The notes: generated from the letters alone by a model not told the origin. DNA of 64,000 nucleotides from an uncultured Candidatus Rokubacteria bacterium (GCA_963758635.1 CAVWWD010000003.1:672001-736000), one strand, 5' to 3'. Positions 37,140-47,357 are shown, numbered from the stretch's first letter. Made by a program: numbers and translations.

Positions 37140-38450
37140 TCACTCGGGCGTGACGGCCCGACGCCCGATGGAGTGGTACTCGAAGCCGAGGCGCCGCATC
37201 CGCCCGGGCTCCCACAGGTTGCGCCCGTCGAAGACGATGGGGCGCCGGAGGAGCCCATGGAGGCGTTCGAGGTTGAGGAACTTGAACTCGTTCCACTCCG
37301 TGACGAGGACGAGCGCGTCCGCGCCGTCCGCGGCGGCGTAGGGCGAGTCGCAGAACGTGACGTCGGCGGGCACGAGGGGCCGGGCCTTGGCCATGGCCAC
37401 GGGGTCGTACACCTTGATCGCCGCGCCTTCGGCGTGGAGCGCCCCGATCACGTCCAGGCTCTTCGCCTCGCGGACGTCGTCGGTGTTGGGCTTGAAGGCC
37501 AGGCCGAGCACGGCGATGGTCCGGGCGGCGAGCGGGTCGAGCGCCTTCTTGACACTGGCCACGAGGTGCGCGGCGCGGCGCTTGTTGATCTCCGCCACCG
37601 AGCGCAGCAGCTTGAAGTCGTGGCCGAGCCGGGCCGCGGTGTGGACGAGGGAGTCCACGTCCTTGGGGAAGCACGAGCCGCCGTAGCCGAGGCCGGGCTG
37701 CAGGAAGGCCTGGCCGATGCGCGAGTCGAGCCCCATGCCCTTCACGACGTGGGTCACGTCGGCGCCCGCCGACTCGCAGAGGTCGGCGATGGCGTTGATG
37801 AACGAGATCTTCGCGGCGAGGAAGGCGTTGGAGGCGTACTTGATCATCTCCGCCGACGGGAGGTCGGTGATGATCATGGGCCGCTCCAGCGGCGCGTAGA
37901 GCTCGACCAGCTTCATCGCCACCTGCTGGGTGGGCGCGCCGATCACGATGCGGTCGGGGCGGAGGGTGTCCTCGATGGCGGAGCCCTCGCGGAGGAACTC
38001 GGGGTTCGAGACCACGTCGAACTCGACGGGCGTCGCCTGGTTGCGCGCGATGACCTCGCGCACGAGCTCGCCCGTGCCCACCGGCGACGTGGACTTGTTC
38101 ACCACGACCTTGTAGCGGTCCATGCAGCGTCCGAGCTCGGTGGCCACCGCCTCCACCTGGGAGAGGTCCGTCTCGCCGTCGTCCTTGGCCGGCGTGCCGA
38201 CGGCGATGAAGATCACGTCGGAGCGGCGGACGGCGTCAGGGAGCTCGGTGGTGAAGGACAGGCGCCCGTCCTGCGCGTTGCGGGTGACCATCTCCTCGAG
38301 GCCGGGCTCGTAGATCGGCATCTGTCCGGCCCGCAGGGCCTCGATCTTGGCCGGCACCGCGTCCACGCACACCACGTCGTTGCCGAGGTCGGCGAAGACG
38401 GCGCCCGTGACGAGGCCGACGTATCCGGTGCCGACCACGCAGATGTTCAT
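37140..38450 (-). CDS. ugd: UDP-glucose 6-dehydrogenase
   Basis: [50 protein letters not shown]. Confidence 0.96.
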   Translation of the reverse strand: MNICVVGTGYVGLVTGAVFADLGNDVVCVDAVPAKIEALRAGQMPIYEPGLEEMVTRNAQDGRLSFTTELPDAVRRSDVIFIAVGTPAKDDGETDLSQVEAVATELGRCMDRYKVVVNKSTSPVGTGELVREVIARNQATPVEFDVVSNPEFLREGSAIEDTLRPDRIVIGAPTQQVAMKLVELYAPLERPMIITDLPSAEMIKYASNAFLAAKISFINAIADLCESAGADVTHVVKGMGLDSRIGQAFLQPGLGYGGSCFPKDVDSLVHTAARLGHDFKLLRSVAEINKRRAAHLVASVKKALDPLAARTIAVLGLAFKPNTDDVREAKSLDVIGALHAEGAAIKVYDPVAMAKARPLVPADVTFCDSPYAAADGADALVLVTEWNEFKFLNLERLHGLLRRPIVFDGRNLWEPGRMRRLGFEYHSIGRRAVTPE

Positions 38451-38476
38451 GAATGTCCGATCTTATCAGACGCGTT

Positions 38477-38561
38477 GTGACGGAACGTGGATTTCGGCTT
38501 CGCCGTGTGGGCCAACGCCGCGTTCTGCGTGCATGCGCGAAGCGGTGTCGCCATGCATTCC
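38477..38561. repeat. Dispersed repeat family C, copy 2 (inverted)
   Basis: Reverse complement aligns by eye with copies at 35167 and 47271. Confidence 0.65.
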
Positions 38562-38564
38562 AGC

Positions 38565-39518
38565 TCAGAGGACATGGCGCGCGAGACGCTCGCCGACGAG
38601 CGCGACGAAGAGCAGGAGCAGGTACACGTTCGAGAACAGGAAGAGCGCGAGCCAGCCCCGCTGGTCCTCCGGATGGCGAGCGAAGCGCGTCGCGAGCCTG
38701 ATCAGGCGGAAGCCCAGGAGCGCGGCGGCGACGAGCGAGACGGGCCCGCCGAGGCCGAACGTGGGCGCGGCGAGCGAGAGCGCGGTGAGCCCGAAGGCGT
38801 AGACCAGGATGAGCCGCGCCGTGCCGTCCACGCCCACCGCCTCGGACACCATCGGGAACCCGCCCGCCGCGTAGTCGGCGCGGTAGCGCAGGGCGAGCGC
38901 CCAGAAGTGCGGCATCTGCCAGAGAAACAGGATCCCGAAGAGGATCACCGCGCCGGCATCGCCGAGGCCCCCGCCACCCGCGACCCATCCGATGACCGGC
39001 GGCAGGGCGCCCGGCACCGCGCCCGGCACCGCGGCGAACGACGAGTGGACCTTCAGCCAGGGGGTGTAGACGCCGTTGTAGAACGCGGCGGCGAGGAGCC
39101 CGAGGGCGCCCGCGGTCGGGCCCACGGCGAACCAGAGGAGGGCGGCCCCCGCGGCGATGCCGAGCCCCGCGAACAGGCTGCCCTGCGCGAGCGACAGGCG
39201 CCCCGACGGCAGCGGCCGGCCGGCCGTCCGGGCCATCAGCGCGTCGCGCCGGCGCTCCTGCACCTGGTTCAGCGCGGACGCGCCGCACGACAGGAGCATC
39301 ACGCCGGACAGCATCGCGAGGCCGCGCCGCCACGGGAAGTCGGGGCCCAGCGGGGCGGCGAGCATGAAGCCCGCCGCCGCCGACACGAGGACCAGCGTGA
39401 CGATCCCGAGCTTCGAGAGCTCGGCGTAGGCGCTCACGTGCGTGCCGACGGCGCCGCGCCGCCGGTCCGTGTGGCCGTCGCCGATGGCGCTCTCGCGGGG
39501 CGGCGGGCGCTCAGGCAC
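38565..39518 (-). CDS. ctaB: Protohaem IX farnesyltransferase (haem O synthase)
   Basis: ALNQ..ER..DALM.RT..RPLPSGR, YTPWLK, GALPP.IGW, WQMPHFWALA...DYAAGGFPM. Confidence 0.95.
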   Translation of the reverse strand: MPERPPPRESAIGDGHTDRRRGAVGTHVSAYAELSKLGIVTLVLVSAAAGFMLAAPLGPDFPWRRGLAMLSGVMLLSCGASALNQVQERRRDALMARTAGRPLPSGRLSLAQGSLFAGLGIAAGAALLWFAVGPTAGALGLLAAAFYNGVYTPWLKVHSSFAAVPGAVPGALPPVIGWVAGGGGLGDAGAVILFGILFLWQMPHFWALALRYRADYAAGGFPMVSEAVGVDGTARLILVYAFGLTALSLAAPTFGLGGPVSLVAAALLGFRLIRLATRFARHPEDQRGWLALFLFSNVYLLLLFVALVGERLARHVL

Positions 39519-40461
39519 GGGCCATGGTCCCGAGCGGGTCGCGGGAGGCGCGAGCCGCCGTCCGGCCGCCCCCGAGGATGCCGAGCGCCGTCCACACGAC
39601 CACCCCCCACAGGGCGTAGCCGACGGCGGCATGGGCCGCCCTGATGGGCGGGCTCAGCTGGAGCAGCACGGTCGTGATGCCGAGCGCGACCTGCACGGCC
39701 GCCACCGCCAGGGCCAGCGCGGGCCCGCCACCGGCGCCCGCGCGCCGCCCCGCCGCGGCGAGGTGGACGAAGTGCGCGAGGAGCAGCACGCCGAGCCAGC
39801 GGTGCACCCAGTGCACGACGGCCAGCCACCGGTCCGGGAAGACGTCGCCGCTGCACAGCGGGAAGTCGGGGCAGGCGAGGCCGGCGCCGGAGTGCCGCAC
39901 GTACCCGCCGAGGGCGAGCTGCGCGAGCAGCGCCCCCACCGCGGCGGCGGCGAGCCGGCCCGCCTTCGCGCGAGCCGCGTCCGTGTCGCGGTGGCCGCCT
40001 CCGCGCGCGGGCGCGTCCGCGTCGGCGTCGCGCAGCTTTCGGCACAGGGCGAGGAGCCCGGCGAAGATCAGGAGCGCGTTGACGAGGTGCGCGGTGCTGA
40101 TCAGGTGCGGAAGCCGGAGCAGCACCGTGATGCCGCCGAGGAGGATCTGCACCGCGAGCAGCACCAGCAGCGCCGTGCCGAGCCGGGCGGTGCCCGCGCG
40201 GGGGGCGCGCCGCATGCTGGCGACGATCGTGGCCACGAGGAGCACGGACGTGAGGGCCGCGGCCACGCGATGCCCGTACTCGATGAGCACGTCGGGGCGG
40301 AACGGCGGCACCAGGCGGCCATGGCAGAGCGGCCAGTCCGGGCAGGCGAGGCCGGAGCCGGTGGCGCTCACCACGTTGCCGAGCGTCATGAGGACGAACA
40401 GCGCGCCCACCGTCGACCAGGCCAGCGCGCGGAGCCCGCGGCCGGCGCGCTCAGGAGCCAT
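39511..40461 (-). CDS. ctaA: Haem A synthase (COX15/CtaA)
   Basis: GSGLACPDWPLCHG, IEYGHR, second GLACPDFPLC, HWVHR. Confidence 0.93.
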   Translation of the reverse strand: MAPERAGRGLRALAWSTVGALFVLMTLGNVVSATGSGLACPDWPLCHGRLVPPFRPDVLIEYGHRVAAALTSVLLVATIVASMRRAPRAGTARLGTALLVLLAVQILLGGITVLLRLPHLISTAHLVNALLIFAGLLALCRKLRDADADAPARGGGHRDTDAARAKAGRLAAAAVGALLAQLALGGYVRHSGAGLACPDFPLCSGDVFPDRWLAVVHWVHRWLGVLLLAHFVHLAAAGRRAGAGGGPALALAVAAVQVALGITTVLLQLSPPIRAAHAAVGYALWGVVVWTALGILGGGRTAARASRDPLGTMARA

Positions 40462-41317
40462 GCCGCACCGGGTCGGGCTCGAGGGCCACGTCGTCCCCGC
40501 CCGCGGCCTGCCAGCGGAAGAACACGATGGAGATCGCGGTGAGGAACACGAGGCCGCCGGGGATCCACATGATGATCCCCCCGAGGTGCTGGTCGGCCTG
40601 CGCGGTCAGCGACGGGAACACCCGGGGCGCCGCCGCGTACCACGGGTAGAGGACGCCGTCGGCCATGGCGATGAAGATCGACACCACGACCATGGGCAGC
40701 CCCACCACGAACAGGTAGAGGAGCTGCACCGGGTACGCCGCCCGGGGCAGGGTCCGCGTGGGCGAGAGCACCGGCCACCACAGCAGCACCGACCCCGCGA
40801 GGATCATCAGGTGCTGGACGATGTGCACGGGATGCACGGACATCGCGAGGTTGTAGAGCGGGGGGAGGTGCCACGAGACGAGGATGAGGTTGAAGGCGGC
40901 GAACGCGCCGCTCGGCCGCGTGAGCGGTTGGGCGAGCCGGCGAAGGGCGGGGGGCGCGACGAGCGCGTCGCCCAGCCAGGGCGGGATGCCGGCCAGGAAC
41001 AGCGGGACCACCACGAAGGCGAGCAGGAGGTGCTGCACCATGTGGGCGCTGAACAGGTAGTAGTCGGACAGGTCGTGCAGGGGGCCGGTCAGCGAGCCGA
41101 ACATCACGGCGAGGCCGGCGTAGAACGCCACGGCTCGCCCGATCGGGACACGCGCGCCGGGAGCGGCCCCGGTCCGCCGCAGGATGGCCGCCGCGTAGAG
41201 GCCTCCGAAGGCGGCGAGGCCGGTCACCAGCACGGGGTCGGCGTTCCAGACGGTCCAGTCGAACCCCTCGGGCGGAAGGGGCGGCGGCCCCCCCGGCCCG
41301 GGTACTCCGTGGGCCAT
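40451..41317 (-). CDS. ctaG: Cytochrome c oxidase assembly factor (caa3-type CtaG)
   Basis: LFSAHMVQHLLL, WHLPPLY, HIVQH, DQHLGGIIMWIPG. Confidence 0.92.
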   Translation of the reverse strand: MAHGVPGPGGPPPLPPEGFDWTVWNADPVLVTGLAAFGGLYAAAILRRTGAAPGARVPIGRAVAFYAGLAVMFGSLTGPLHDLSDYYLFSAHMVQHLLLAFVVVPLFLAGIPPWLGDALVAPPALRRLAQPLTRPSGAFAAFNLILVSWHLPPLYNLAMSVHPVHIVQHLMILAGSVLLWWPVLSPTRTLPRAAYPVQLLYLFVVGLPMVVVSIFIAMADGVLYPWYAAAPRVFPSLTAQADQHLGGIIMWIPGGLVFLTAISIVFFRWQAAGGDDVALEPDPVRHGS

Positions 41318-41321
41318 CCTA

Positions 41322-41396
41322 GTGCGGCCTATTCCTGACCGAGTTCAGCGGACGAGGGGTCTGTGCCACGACCATTGGCAAATGCTGCGGACCGAC
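41322..41396. mobile_element. TA-flanked 75-bp insertion in the stop codon of oxidase subunit IV
   Basis: TA at 41320-21 and 41397-98; weak terminal symmetry; removal restores TAG-G-ATG junction. Confidence 0.4.
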
Positions 41397-41747
41397 TACG
41401 GGCGCGGCAGGAGCACGAACGCGCTGAAGAGGGCCATCAGCGCGACGATGATGCAGATGGCGATGATCAGCGGCCCGATGAACAGGCTTCGCATGATGTT
41501 GTGGTCGTAGCGCAGGTGCATGAAGAAGCCCACGACGAGGACGAACTTCACCGCGGACATGCCGAGCAGGCTCACGACGAGGAGCGTGTTCGGGATGCCG
41601 GGCACGTAGAGGGTGGCGACCTCGATGGCGGTGATCACGGCGAGGACGATCGCGACGTTGATGTAGGTGCGGGTGGTCGCGTGCCCGCCGCGCGTGGGCG
41701 GCGGCGCTCGGCGCGTGGTGCCCGGCGGTCGAGTGGGAGTCGGCCAT
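41396..41747 (-). CDS. Cytochrome c oxidase subunit IV family protein; one frameshift near 41690-41710
   Basis: HATTRTYINVAIVLAVITAIEV...AVKFVLVVGFFMHLRYD; MADSHS start with GGAG RBS lies in another frame. Confidence 0.85.
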
Positions 41748-41757
41748 GTCGGGGCTC

Positions 41758-42381
41758 CTACGGGATCAGATAGATGATCGTGAAGATGGCGATCCAGACG
41801 ATGTCCACGAAGTGCCAGTACAGGCCGGCGATCTCCACCTTCGTGTAGTCACGCGCGTCGAGCTTCCCCCGCAGGTTCAGCACCCAGAGCCCCAGGAGCC
41901 AGATGACGCCGCCGGTGACGTGGGCGCCGTGGAAGCCGGTGAGGACGAAGAAGCTCGACCCGAACAGGTTCGTCGACAGCGTGAGGCCGTCGTGGAGGGC
42001 GAACGTGGCGAACTCGTAGACCTGGTTGAGCACGAAGTGGGCGCCGAGCAGCGCGGTGGCGAGGAGCCACCACCCCGTCCACTTCCGGTCGTGGCGCTGC
42101 AGCGCGGCGAGGGCGAGCACCATGGTGAGCGAGGAGGCCAGCAGGACCGCCGCGCTCTCGGACGTGAGCGGGATGTTGAACACGTCGTGGGGCCCGGGGC
42201 CGGTGAGGCTCTTGCCCTTGTAGGACAGGTACGTCCCGATGAGCGAGCCGAAGAACATGCAGTCCGACCCGAGGAAGATCCACATGCCCACCTTGCGGTT
42301 GTCGAGACCCGTGTTGCCGAGGTTCGGGTCGTGGTGGGCGTGGGCGGTGGCGGCGCCGTGCGCGGCGTGTGCGTCGGCCAT
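41758..42381 (-). CDS. ctaE: Cytochrome c oxidase subunit III
   Basis: GMWIFLGSD.MFF, FFVLTGFHGAHV, GLYWHFVDIVW. Confidence 0.95.
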   Translation of the reverse strand: MADAHAAHGAATAHAHHDPNLGNTGLDNRKVGMWIFLGSDCMFFGSLIGTYLSYKGKSLTGPGPHDVFNIPLTSESAAVLLASSLTMVLALAALQRHDRKWTGWWLLATALLGAHFVLNQVYEFATFALHDGLTLSTNLFGSSFFVLTGFHGAHVTGGVIWLLGLWVLNLRGKLDARDYTKVEIAGLYWHFVDIVWIAIFTIIYLIP

Positions 42382-44234
42382 CAGTGGGTCCCCTCGGGCG
42401 GGTGGTGGTACTCCAGCGCGAACTTGAACATGCAGTAGAGCGTGAGCAGGCCGCCGATGACGATCTGCCAGGTGCTGATCATGATGCCCGAGATCATCAC
42501 GGTGAGGGCCATGGCGAGCAGGATCGGCCAGTAGGACGGCGGCGGCATGTGGATGGCCGCGATGGCCTCCCGGGTCGGCGCGGGGGGCCGGGGCGTGGGC
42601 GCGCCGCCGTGCCCGTCGCCGTGCTTCTGGAGCCACAGCTCGTCGCGGCCGTGCACGGTGGGGATCACCCCGAAGTTGTAGACGGGCGGCGGCGAGGAGA
42701 TCGCCCACTCGAGCGTCCGGGCGTCCCACGGATCGGGGCCGGCCACGACCCCCGACCGCTGGGTCTTGATCGCGTTGACGATGAACACCACCATCGACAG
42801 CGCGATGATGAACGCGCCGATCGTCGAGACCATGTTCCAGAAGTTCCAGCCGAGGTCCGGCGCGTACGTATAGATGCGCCGGGGCATGCCGATGAGCCCC
42901 AGGTAGTGCTGCGGGAAGAAGGTCATGTTGAAGCCGAGCATCATCAGCCAGAAGTGCGCCTTCCCGAGCCGCTCGTCGAGCAGCCGCCCGTACATCTTCG
43001 GCCACCAGTAGTAGATCCCGGAGAAGATCCCGAAGATCGAGCCGCCGAACAGCACGTAGTGGAAGTGGGCGACCACGAAGTACGTGTCGGTCTGCTGCAG
43101 GTCCACGGGCGGCGAGGCGTGCATGACGCCGGACAGCCCGCCCATCGTGAACATGGCGATGAAGCCGAGCGAGAAGTACATCGCGGTCGTGAAGCGCAGG
43201 TTGCCGCCCCAGAGCGTGGACACCCAGTTGAGGATCTTCACGCCGGTGGGCACGGCGATGAGCATGGTGGCGATGGAGAAGGCCGAGTCGGCGACCGGGC
43301 CCATGCCCACCGAGAACATGTGGTGGCTCCACACGCCGAAGCCGAAGAAGCCGATGGTGATCCCGGAGTAGATGACGACGGGGGCCCCGAAGAGCGGCTT
43401 GCGCGCGAAGGTGGGCAGTACCTCGGAGACGATCCCCATCGCGGGCAGGATCAGGATGTACACCTCGGGGTGACCGAAGATCCAGAAGAGGTGCTGCCAC
43501 AGGAGGGGATCGCCGCCGGCCTGCGCCGAGTAGAAGAGCGTGCCGAAGAAGCGGTCGAACATCAGGAGGATCAGCGCCACCGTGATCGCGGGGAAGGCGA
43601 GCACGAGCAGGAACTGGGTGACGAAGCTCATCCAGATGAACACCGGCATGCGCATCAGGGTCATGCCGGGCGCGCGCATGTTGATGATGGTCACGATGAA
43701 GTTGAAGCCCGCGAGCATCGAGGCGATGCCGAGGATCTGCAGGCCGAGCATCCAGAAGTCGATGTTGGCGCCGGGCGAGTACTGCCTCGCCGTGAGGTTG
43801 GCGTACCCGAACCACCCGCCGTCCGGCGCGGCCCCGAACAGGAAGCTCACGTGCAGGAACAGGCCGCCGAGGATGAAGATCCAGTAGCTCAGCGCGTTCA
43901 GCCGCGGGAACGCCACGTCCCGCGCCCCGATCATGAGCGGGATCATGAAATTGAAGAACGCGGCGGACAGCGGCATGATCGCCAGGAACACCATCGTGGT
44001 GCCGTGCATCGTGAACAGCTCGTTGAACGTCTTGGCGCTCACCAGCGTGTTGTCGGGACGCGCGAGCTGCGTCCGCATGATGAGCGCCTCGATCCCGCCG
44101 ATCAGGAAGAAGATGAAGGCCGAGGTCCCGTAGAGGAGCCCGATCCGCTTGTGGTCCACGGTGGTGATCCAGGACCAGAGCACGCTCTGGGTCTTCGTCT
44201 CCGCCCCCGGCATGAACGCCGCTTGTGTGGCCAT
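42381..44234 (-). CDS. ctaD: Cytochrome c oxidase subunit I (A1 type)
   Basis: TVDHKRIG, FTMHGTTM, FGHPEVY, VWSHHMF, VAHFHYV. Confidence 0.98.
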   Translation of the reverse strand: MATQAAFMPGAETKTQSVLWSWITTVDHKRIGLLYGTSAFIFFLIGGIEALIMRTQLARPDNTLVSAKTFNELFTMHGTTMVFLAIMPLSAAFFNFMIPLMIGARDVAFPRLNALSYWIFILGGLFLHVSFLFGAAPDGGWFGYANLTARQYSPGANIDFWMLGLQILGIASMLAGFNFIVTIINMRAPGMTLMRMPVFIWMSFVTQFLLVLAFPAITVALILLMFDRFFGTLFYSAQAGGDPLLWQHLFWIFGHPEVYILILPAMGIVSEVLPTFARKPLFGAPVVIYSGITIGFFGFGVWSHHMFSVGMGPVADSAFSIATMLIAVPTGVKILNWVSTLWGGNLRFTTAMYFSLGFIAMFTMGGLSGVMHASPPVDLQQTDTYFVVAHFHYVLFGGSIFGIFSGIYYWWPKMYGRLLDERLGKAHFWLMMLGFNMTFFPQHYLGLIGMPRRIYTYAPDLGWNFWNMVSTIGAFIIALSMVVFIVNAIKTQRSGVVAGPDPWDARTLEWAISSPPPVYNFGVIPTVHGRDELWLQKHGDGHGGAPTPRPPAPTREAIAAIHMPPPSYWPILLAMALTVMISGIMISTWQIVIGGLLTLYCMFKFALEYHHPPEGTH

Positions 44235-44242
44235 GGGATCCT

Positions 44243-45274
44243 CTATTTCAGGCTCAGGAGGTAGGCGGCGAGGGCCTGCGACTGCTCGCCCCGCATCCCG
44301 AGGTTCGGCATGAGCACGCCCGGCTTCACGTGGTCGGGGTTCTCGACCCACTTGACCAGGTTCTCCCGCGTCGTCGGCAGGAGGCCGGCCGCGAAGGTCT
44401 TCCGGCTGCCGAAGTGGGTGAGGTTGGGCCCGAGCGTGCCGGCCGACATCCCCGCGATGGTGTGACAGCCCACGCACGCCGACTGGCTGAAGATCTCGCG
44501 GCCCTTCTGGGCCAGCGGGTCGGTCGGCTCCACCGGCGCCGCCTTCTGCGCCGCCACCCACTTCTCGAAGTCCTCCTTGGTGTGCACGATGGCGCGAAAG
44601 CGCATGTTGGCGTGGGAGGTGCCGCAGTACTCCGCGCACTGCCCGACGTATTCCCCGGGCGTGTCCGGGGTGAGCACGATCCGGTTGACCCGGGCCGGGA
44701 CGACGTCGCGCTTGCCGCCGAGCTGGGGGATCCAGAACGAGTGGATGACGTCCGGGGCGTTCAGGTGGAACGCGATGGTCTGGCCCACCGGCAGGTGGAC
44801 CTCGTTGGCGGTCACGATGCCGAGCGACGGGTACGTGAACTCCCACCACCACTGCCGCCCCCCCACGTCCACGCGCAGCGCGTTGGCCGACGGGGTCGCC
44901 TGGGTGGCGAACACGGCCTGGATGGTGGGAATGCCGATGATGAGCAGCACCACCGCGAACGCGACGGTCCAGCCGATCTCGAGCACGGTGTGCCCGTGCA
45001 CCTGCTTGGGGATGGGCGCGCCCGGCTTCTCGCGGAAGCGCCAGCAGACGTAGAGGAGCGCGCCCTCCACCGCGATGAAGATGACGAGGGTCGTCCACGA
45101 GATCAGCATGAAGATATCGTGGGTGAGCTTGCCGAAGTCGGACTTGGGGATGACCGTCGTCATCTTGGTGTCCCAGTCCCAGCCGACGAGGCCGCAGCCG
45201 GACGCGAGCAGGACGACGGCGAGGAGCGTGAGGAGGACGGCGGGGCCCGGGCGCCGGGCGTCGATCTGGCTCAT
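44243..45274 (-). CDS. ctaC: Cytochrome c oxidase subunit II with fused cytochrome c (caa3 type), lipoprotein
   Basis: LASGC lipobox, QWWW, DVIHSFW, CAEYCGTSHANM CuA motif, CVGCH haem c motif. Confidence 0.96.
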   Translation of the reverse strand: MSQIDARRPGPAVLLTLLAVVLLASGCGLVGWDWDTKMTTVIPKSDFGKLTHDIFMLISWTTLVIFIAVEGALLYVCWRFREKPGAPIPKQVHGHTVLEIGWTVAFAVVLLIIGIPTIQAVFATQATPSANALRVDVGGRQWWWEFTYPSLGIVTANEVHLPVGQTIAFHLNAPDVIHSFWIPQLGGKRDVVPARVNRIVLTPDTPGEYVGQCAEYCGTSHANMRFRAIVHTKEDFEKWVAAQKAAPVEPTDPLAQKGREIFSQSACVGCHTIAGMSAGTLGPNLTHFGSRKTFAAGLLPTTRENLVKWVENPDHVKPGVLMPNLGMRGEQSQALAAYLLSLK

Positions 45275-45282
45275 AGACTCCT

Positions 45283-45558
45283 TCACCGTTCGGGGCTCGC
45301 CGCCGCCGGCGGCGTCGAGACCACGGAGGAGGCCACGGCGGGCCGTCCGAGGTCGAACACGGCCACCCAGCTCCGGGCGGCGAGGAAGAGCACCACGATC
45401 ACGGGGATCACCGTCCACAGCACGTCCGACCGCCGGCCGGGCCGGCCCGCGCGCGCGATGGCGTGGCGGGAGCGGAGCACGAACAGGACACCGCCCGCCT
45501 GGAACGCGAGGAACATGGTCAAAGCCAGGGCCAGCAGCAGGTGGAAGATCGTGGACAC
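45283..45558 (-). CDS. Small two-TM membrane protein resembling the TM hairpin of oxidase subunit II
   Basis: Two hydrophobic segments, DVLWTVIPVIVVLFLA; GAGGGG RBS; first ORF after the promoter. Confidence 0.7.
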   Translation of the reverse strand: MSTIFHLLLALALTMFLAFQAGGVLFVLRSRHAIARAGRPGRRSDVLWTVIPVIVVLFLAARSWVAVFDLGRPAVASSVVSTPPAAASPER

Positions 45559-45603
45559 TACGTCCCCTCAGGAGTTGTGCTGGGTTCCCGCGATACGGGC
45601 GGG

Positions 45604-45647
45604 AGTCTACTTGATCGGGTTGTAAAAGCCAAGTGGAATGATTCACA
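45604..45647 (-). promoter_or_regulatory. Putative promoter of oxidase operon with abutting CRP/FNR- or Rex-like site
   Basis: TTGGCT-17 nt-TAGACT; TGTGA-ATCATT-CCACT ends at the -35 box. Confidence 0.5.
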
Positions 45648-45764
45648 TGCTGGTCGCGCAGCAGCGTCACGACAGGCGTTTTTCGCGCAGCGACGCGCGG
45701 CCGAGAGTGGCCGGGTGAGGTGAGCCGAAGGCGAGCCGAACGAAATATGGCAATGAAGAGGCAA

Positions 45765-45797
45765 GGTGCGGGCGAGCGAAGCCCGGGTGCCCGCACC
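45765..45797. repeat. 33-bp REP-like palindrome
   Basis: GGTGCGGGCGAGCGAAGCCCGGGTGCCCGCACC. Confidence 0.8.
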
Positions 45798-45806
45798 TTG
45801 GTGACG

Positions 45807-47048
45807 TCAGCTCGCCAGGCGCAGGAGCGTGTGGAGCAGCACGTTGGCCCCCCGCTCGATGTCCTTCCAGCGGCTCATCTCGTCGGGGCGGTGGCTGCGG
45901 CCGCCCATCGAGGGGATGAACAGCATGCCCGAATCGGTCACGTGGGCGAGGTTCTGGGCGTCGTGGCCGGCCGCCGACGGCATCTGCCGGGAGCGGAGCC
46001 CGAGCGCGGCGCAGGTCTCGGCCACCGCGCGCATGACCCGGGGGGAGCAGCGCACGCCGTCCGTGCGCGACAGCGTCTCCACCTCCACGCGGCACTTCCG
46101 CCGGCGCGCCACCGCGCGCGCGAGGGCCTGACACTCGCGGTCGAGGCGGGCGAGGATCCGCGGCTCGAGCTCGCGCACCTCCTGGAGGAGGCGCGCGCGG
46201 GCGGGCACGATGTTCGACACCCCCGGGCCGAGCTCGATGTGGCCGAAGTTCGTGACGCTCCGCCCGCTCCCCTTGCGCACCACGTGATCGCGCGCGGCGA
46301 GCGCGTACTCGGCGGCGGCCAGGAACGCGTCCTTCCGGCGCTCCATCGGGGTGGCCCCGGCGTGGTCGGCTTGGCCGAGGAAGAGGAAGCGGTTGCGGCG
46401 GATGCCCACGATGCCCTCGACGACGCCGATCGGGATGCCCGCGGCCTCGAGGTGCGGGCCCTGCTCGATGTGGAGCTCGAGGTACGCGGCGAGCGTCCGC
46501 GGGTCGCAGCGGGCGCGGGGCGCCTCGCGCGCGTCGAAGCCCGCCTGCGCCATCGCATCCACGAGGAGCACGCCGTCGATGGCGCGGATCTCGGGGATGC
46601 GGGCGGCGTCGATGCGGCCCGTGAAGCAGCGCGACCCGAAGAGGCCGCCGTAGCGCCCCTCCTCGTCGCTCCACGCGGCCAGCGTCAGCGGCTTCCCCGG
46701 AGCGACTCCGGACTCCGCGATGGTCTGGAGCGCCTCGAGCCCGGCGAGCACGCCGAGCGCGCCGTCGAGCGGACCGCCCTCGGGCACCGTGTCGATGTGC
46801 GAGCCCGTCATGACCGTGGGGCCGTCGCCGCCGAGGCGGCCGAACGTGTTGCCCGCGGGATCCACCCAGGTGGTGAGGCCGGCGTCCTTCATGCGGGCGA
46901 TGAGCCAGGCCCGCGCCTCCTCGTGCGGCGGGCTCCAGCAGAAGCGGCTGATGCCCCGGCCGCCGGGATTGCGCCCGAAGACGGACAGCGCCTCGACGCT
47001 GGCGCGCAGCCGCGAGAGCGAGATGGCCGGCTTCGGGACCCGCGGCAT
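45807..47048 (-). CDS. M20 family Zn-dependent hydrolase (N-carbamoyl-L-amino-acid / allantoate amidohydrolase-like)
   Basis: GSHIDTVPEGG.LDG.LGV, DEEG, YLELHIEQGP, HAGATPM, SAAGHDA, SHRPDE. Confidence 0.93.
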   Translation of the reverse strand: MPRVPKPAISLSRLRASVEALSVFGRNPGGRGISRFCWSPPHEEARAWLIARMKDAGLTTWVDPAGNTFGRLGGDGPTVMTGSHIDTVPEGGPLDGALGVLAGLEALQTIAESGVAPGKPLTLAAWSDEEGRYGGLFGSRCFTGRIDAARIPEIRAIDGVLLVDAMAQAGFDAREAPRARCDPRTLAAYLELHIEQGPHLEAAGIPIGVVEGIVGIRRNRFLFLGQADHAGATPMERRKDAFLAAAEYALAARDHVVRKGSGRSVTNFGHIELGPGVSNIVPARARLLQEVRELEPRILARLDRECQALARAVARRRKCRVEVETLSRTDGVRCSPRVMRAVAETCAALGLRSRQMPSAAGHDAQNLAHVTDSGMLFIPSMGGRSHRPDEMSRWKDIERGANVLLHTLLRLAS

Positions 47049-47050
47049 GC

Positions 47051-47236
47051 CTACAGGAACCCCGGGCCCTGATGCTCGCAGTAGCCGTCGCCGACGAAGG
47101 AGCGCCAGACGCCGCCGTCGCGGCTGCAGCGCGCGGCGAGCTCGTCGATGGTGTAGGTGGGAGGGATGGGCACGGAGCTGCATCCCGCGAGCCACGTCGT
47201 CACGCACAGGAGCAGGACGCCGAGCGAGCGTGTCAT
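47051..47236 (-). CDS. Small putative lipoprotein (61 aa)
   Basis: LAGC lipobox, mature part with C..DGG.W...YC; TATACT 6 nt before ATG. Confidence 0.75.
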   Translation of the reverse strand: MTRSLGVLLLCVTTWLAGCSSVPIPPTYTIDELAARCSRDGGVWRSFVGDGYCEHQGPGFL

Positions 47237-47270
47237 GCCGGGAGTATACAGCCCGGCCCGGATGCGGGAT

Positions 47271-47357
47271 CTGAACGAATGGCGAAACGGCACTCCGCGT
47301 GTACGCACAAGCGCGGTGTTGGCCCGCTCGCCGACGTTGAAATCCGCATTCCTTCAC
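47271..47357. repeat. Dispersed repeat family C, copy 3
   Basis: GAATGGCGA...GTTGGCCCGCTCGCCGACGTTGAAATCCGCATTCCTTCAC. Confidence 0.7.

Noticed and set aside
38447..38575. 42-aa linker ORF between ctaB and ugd as strong relay evidence
   Set aside because: Overlaps exist at both ends, but an extended -10 box just before ugd suggests its own promoter and the genes are functionally unrelated; kept only as a weak case
41758..45796. Extended N-termini or fusions of oxidase subunits suggested by the ORF track
   Set aside because: Upstream extensions are alternative-frame read-through of neighbouring genes; real starts have RBS and homology boundaries
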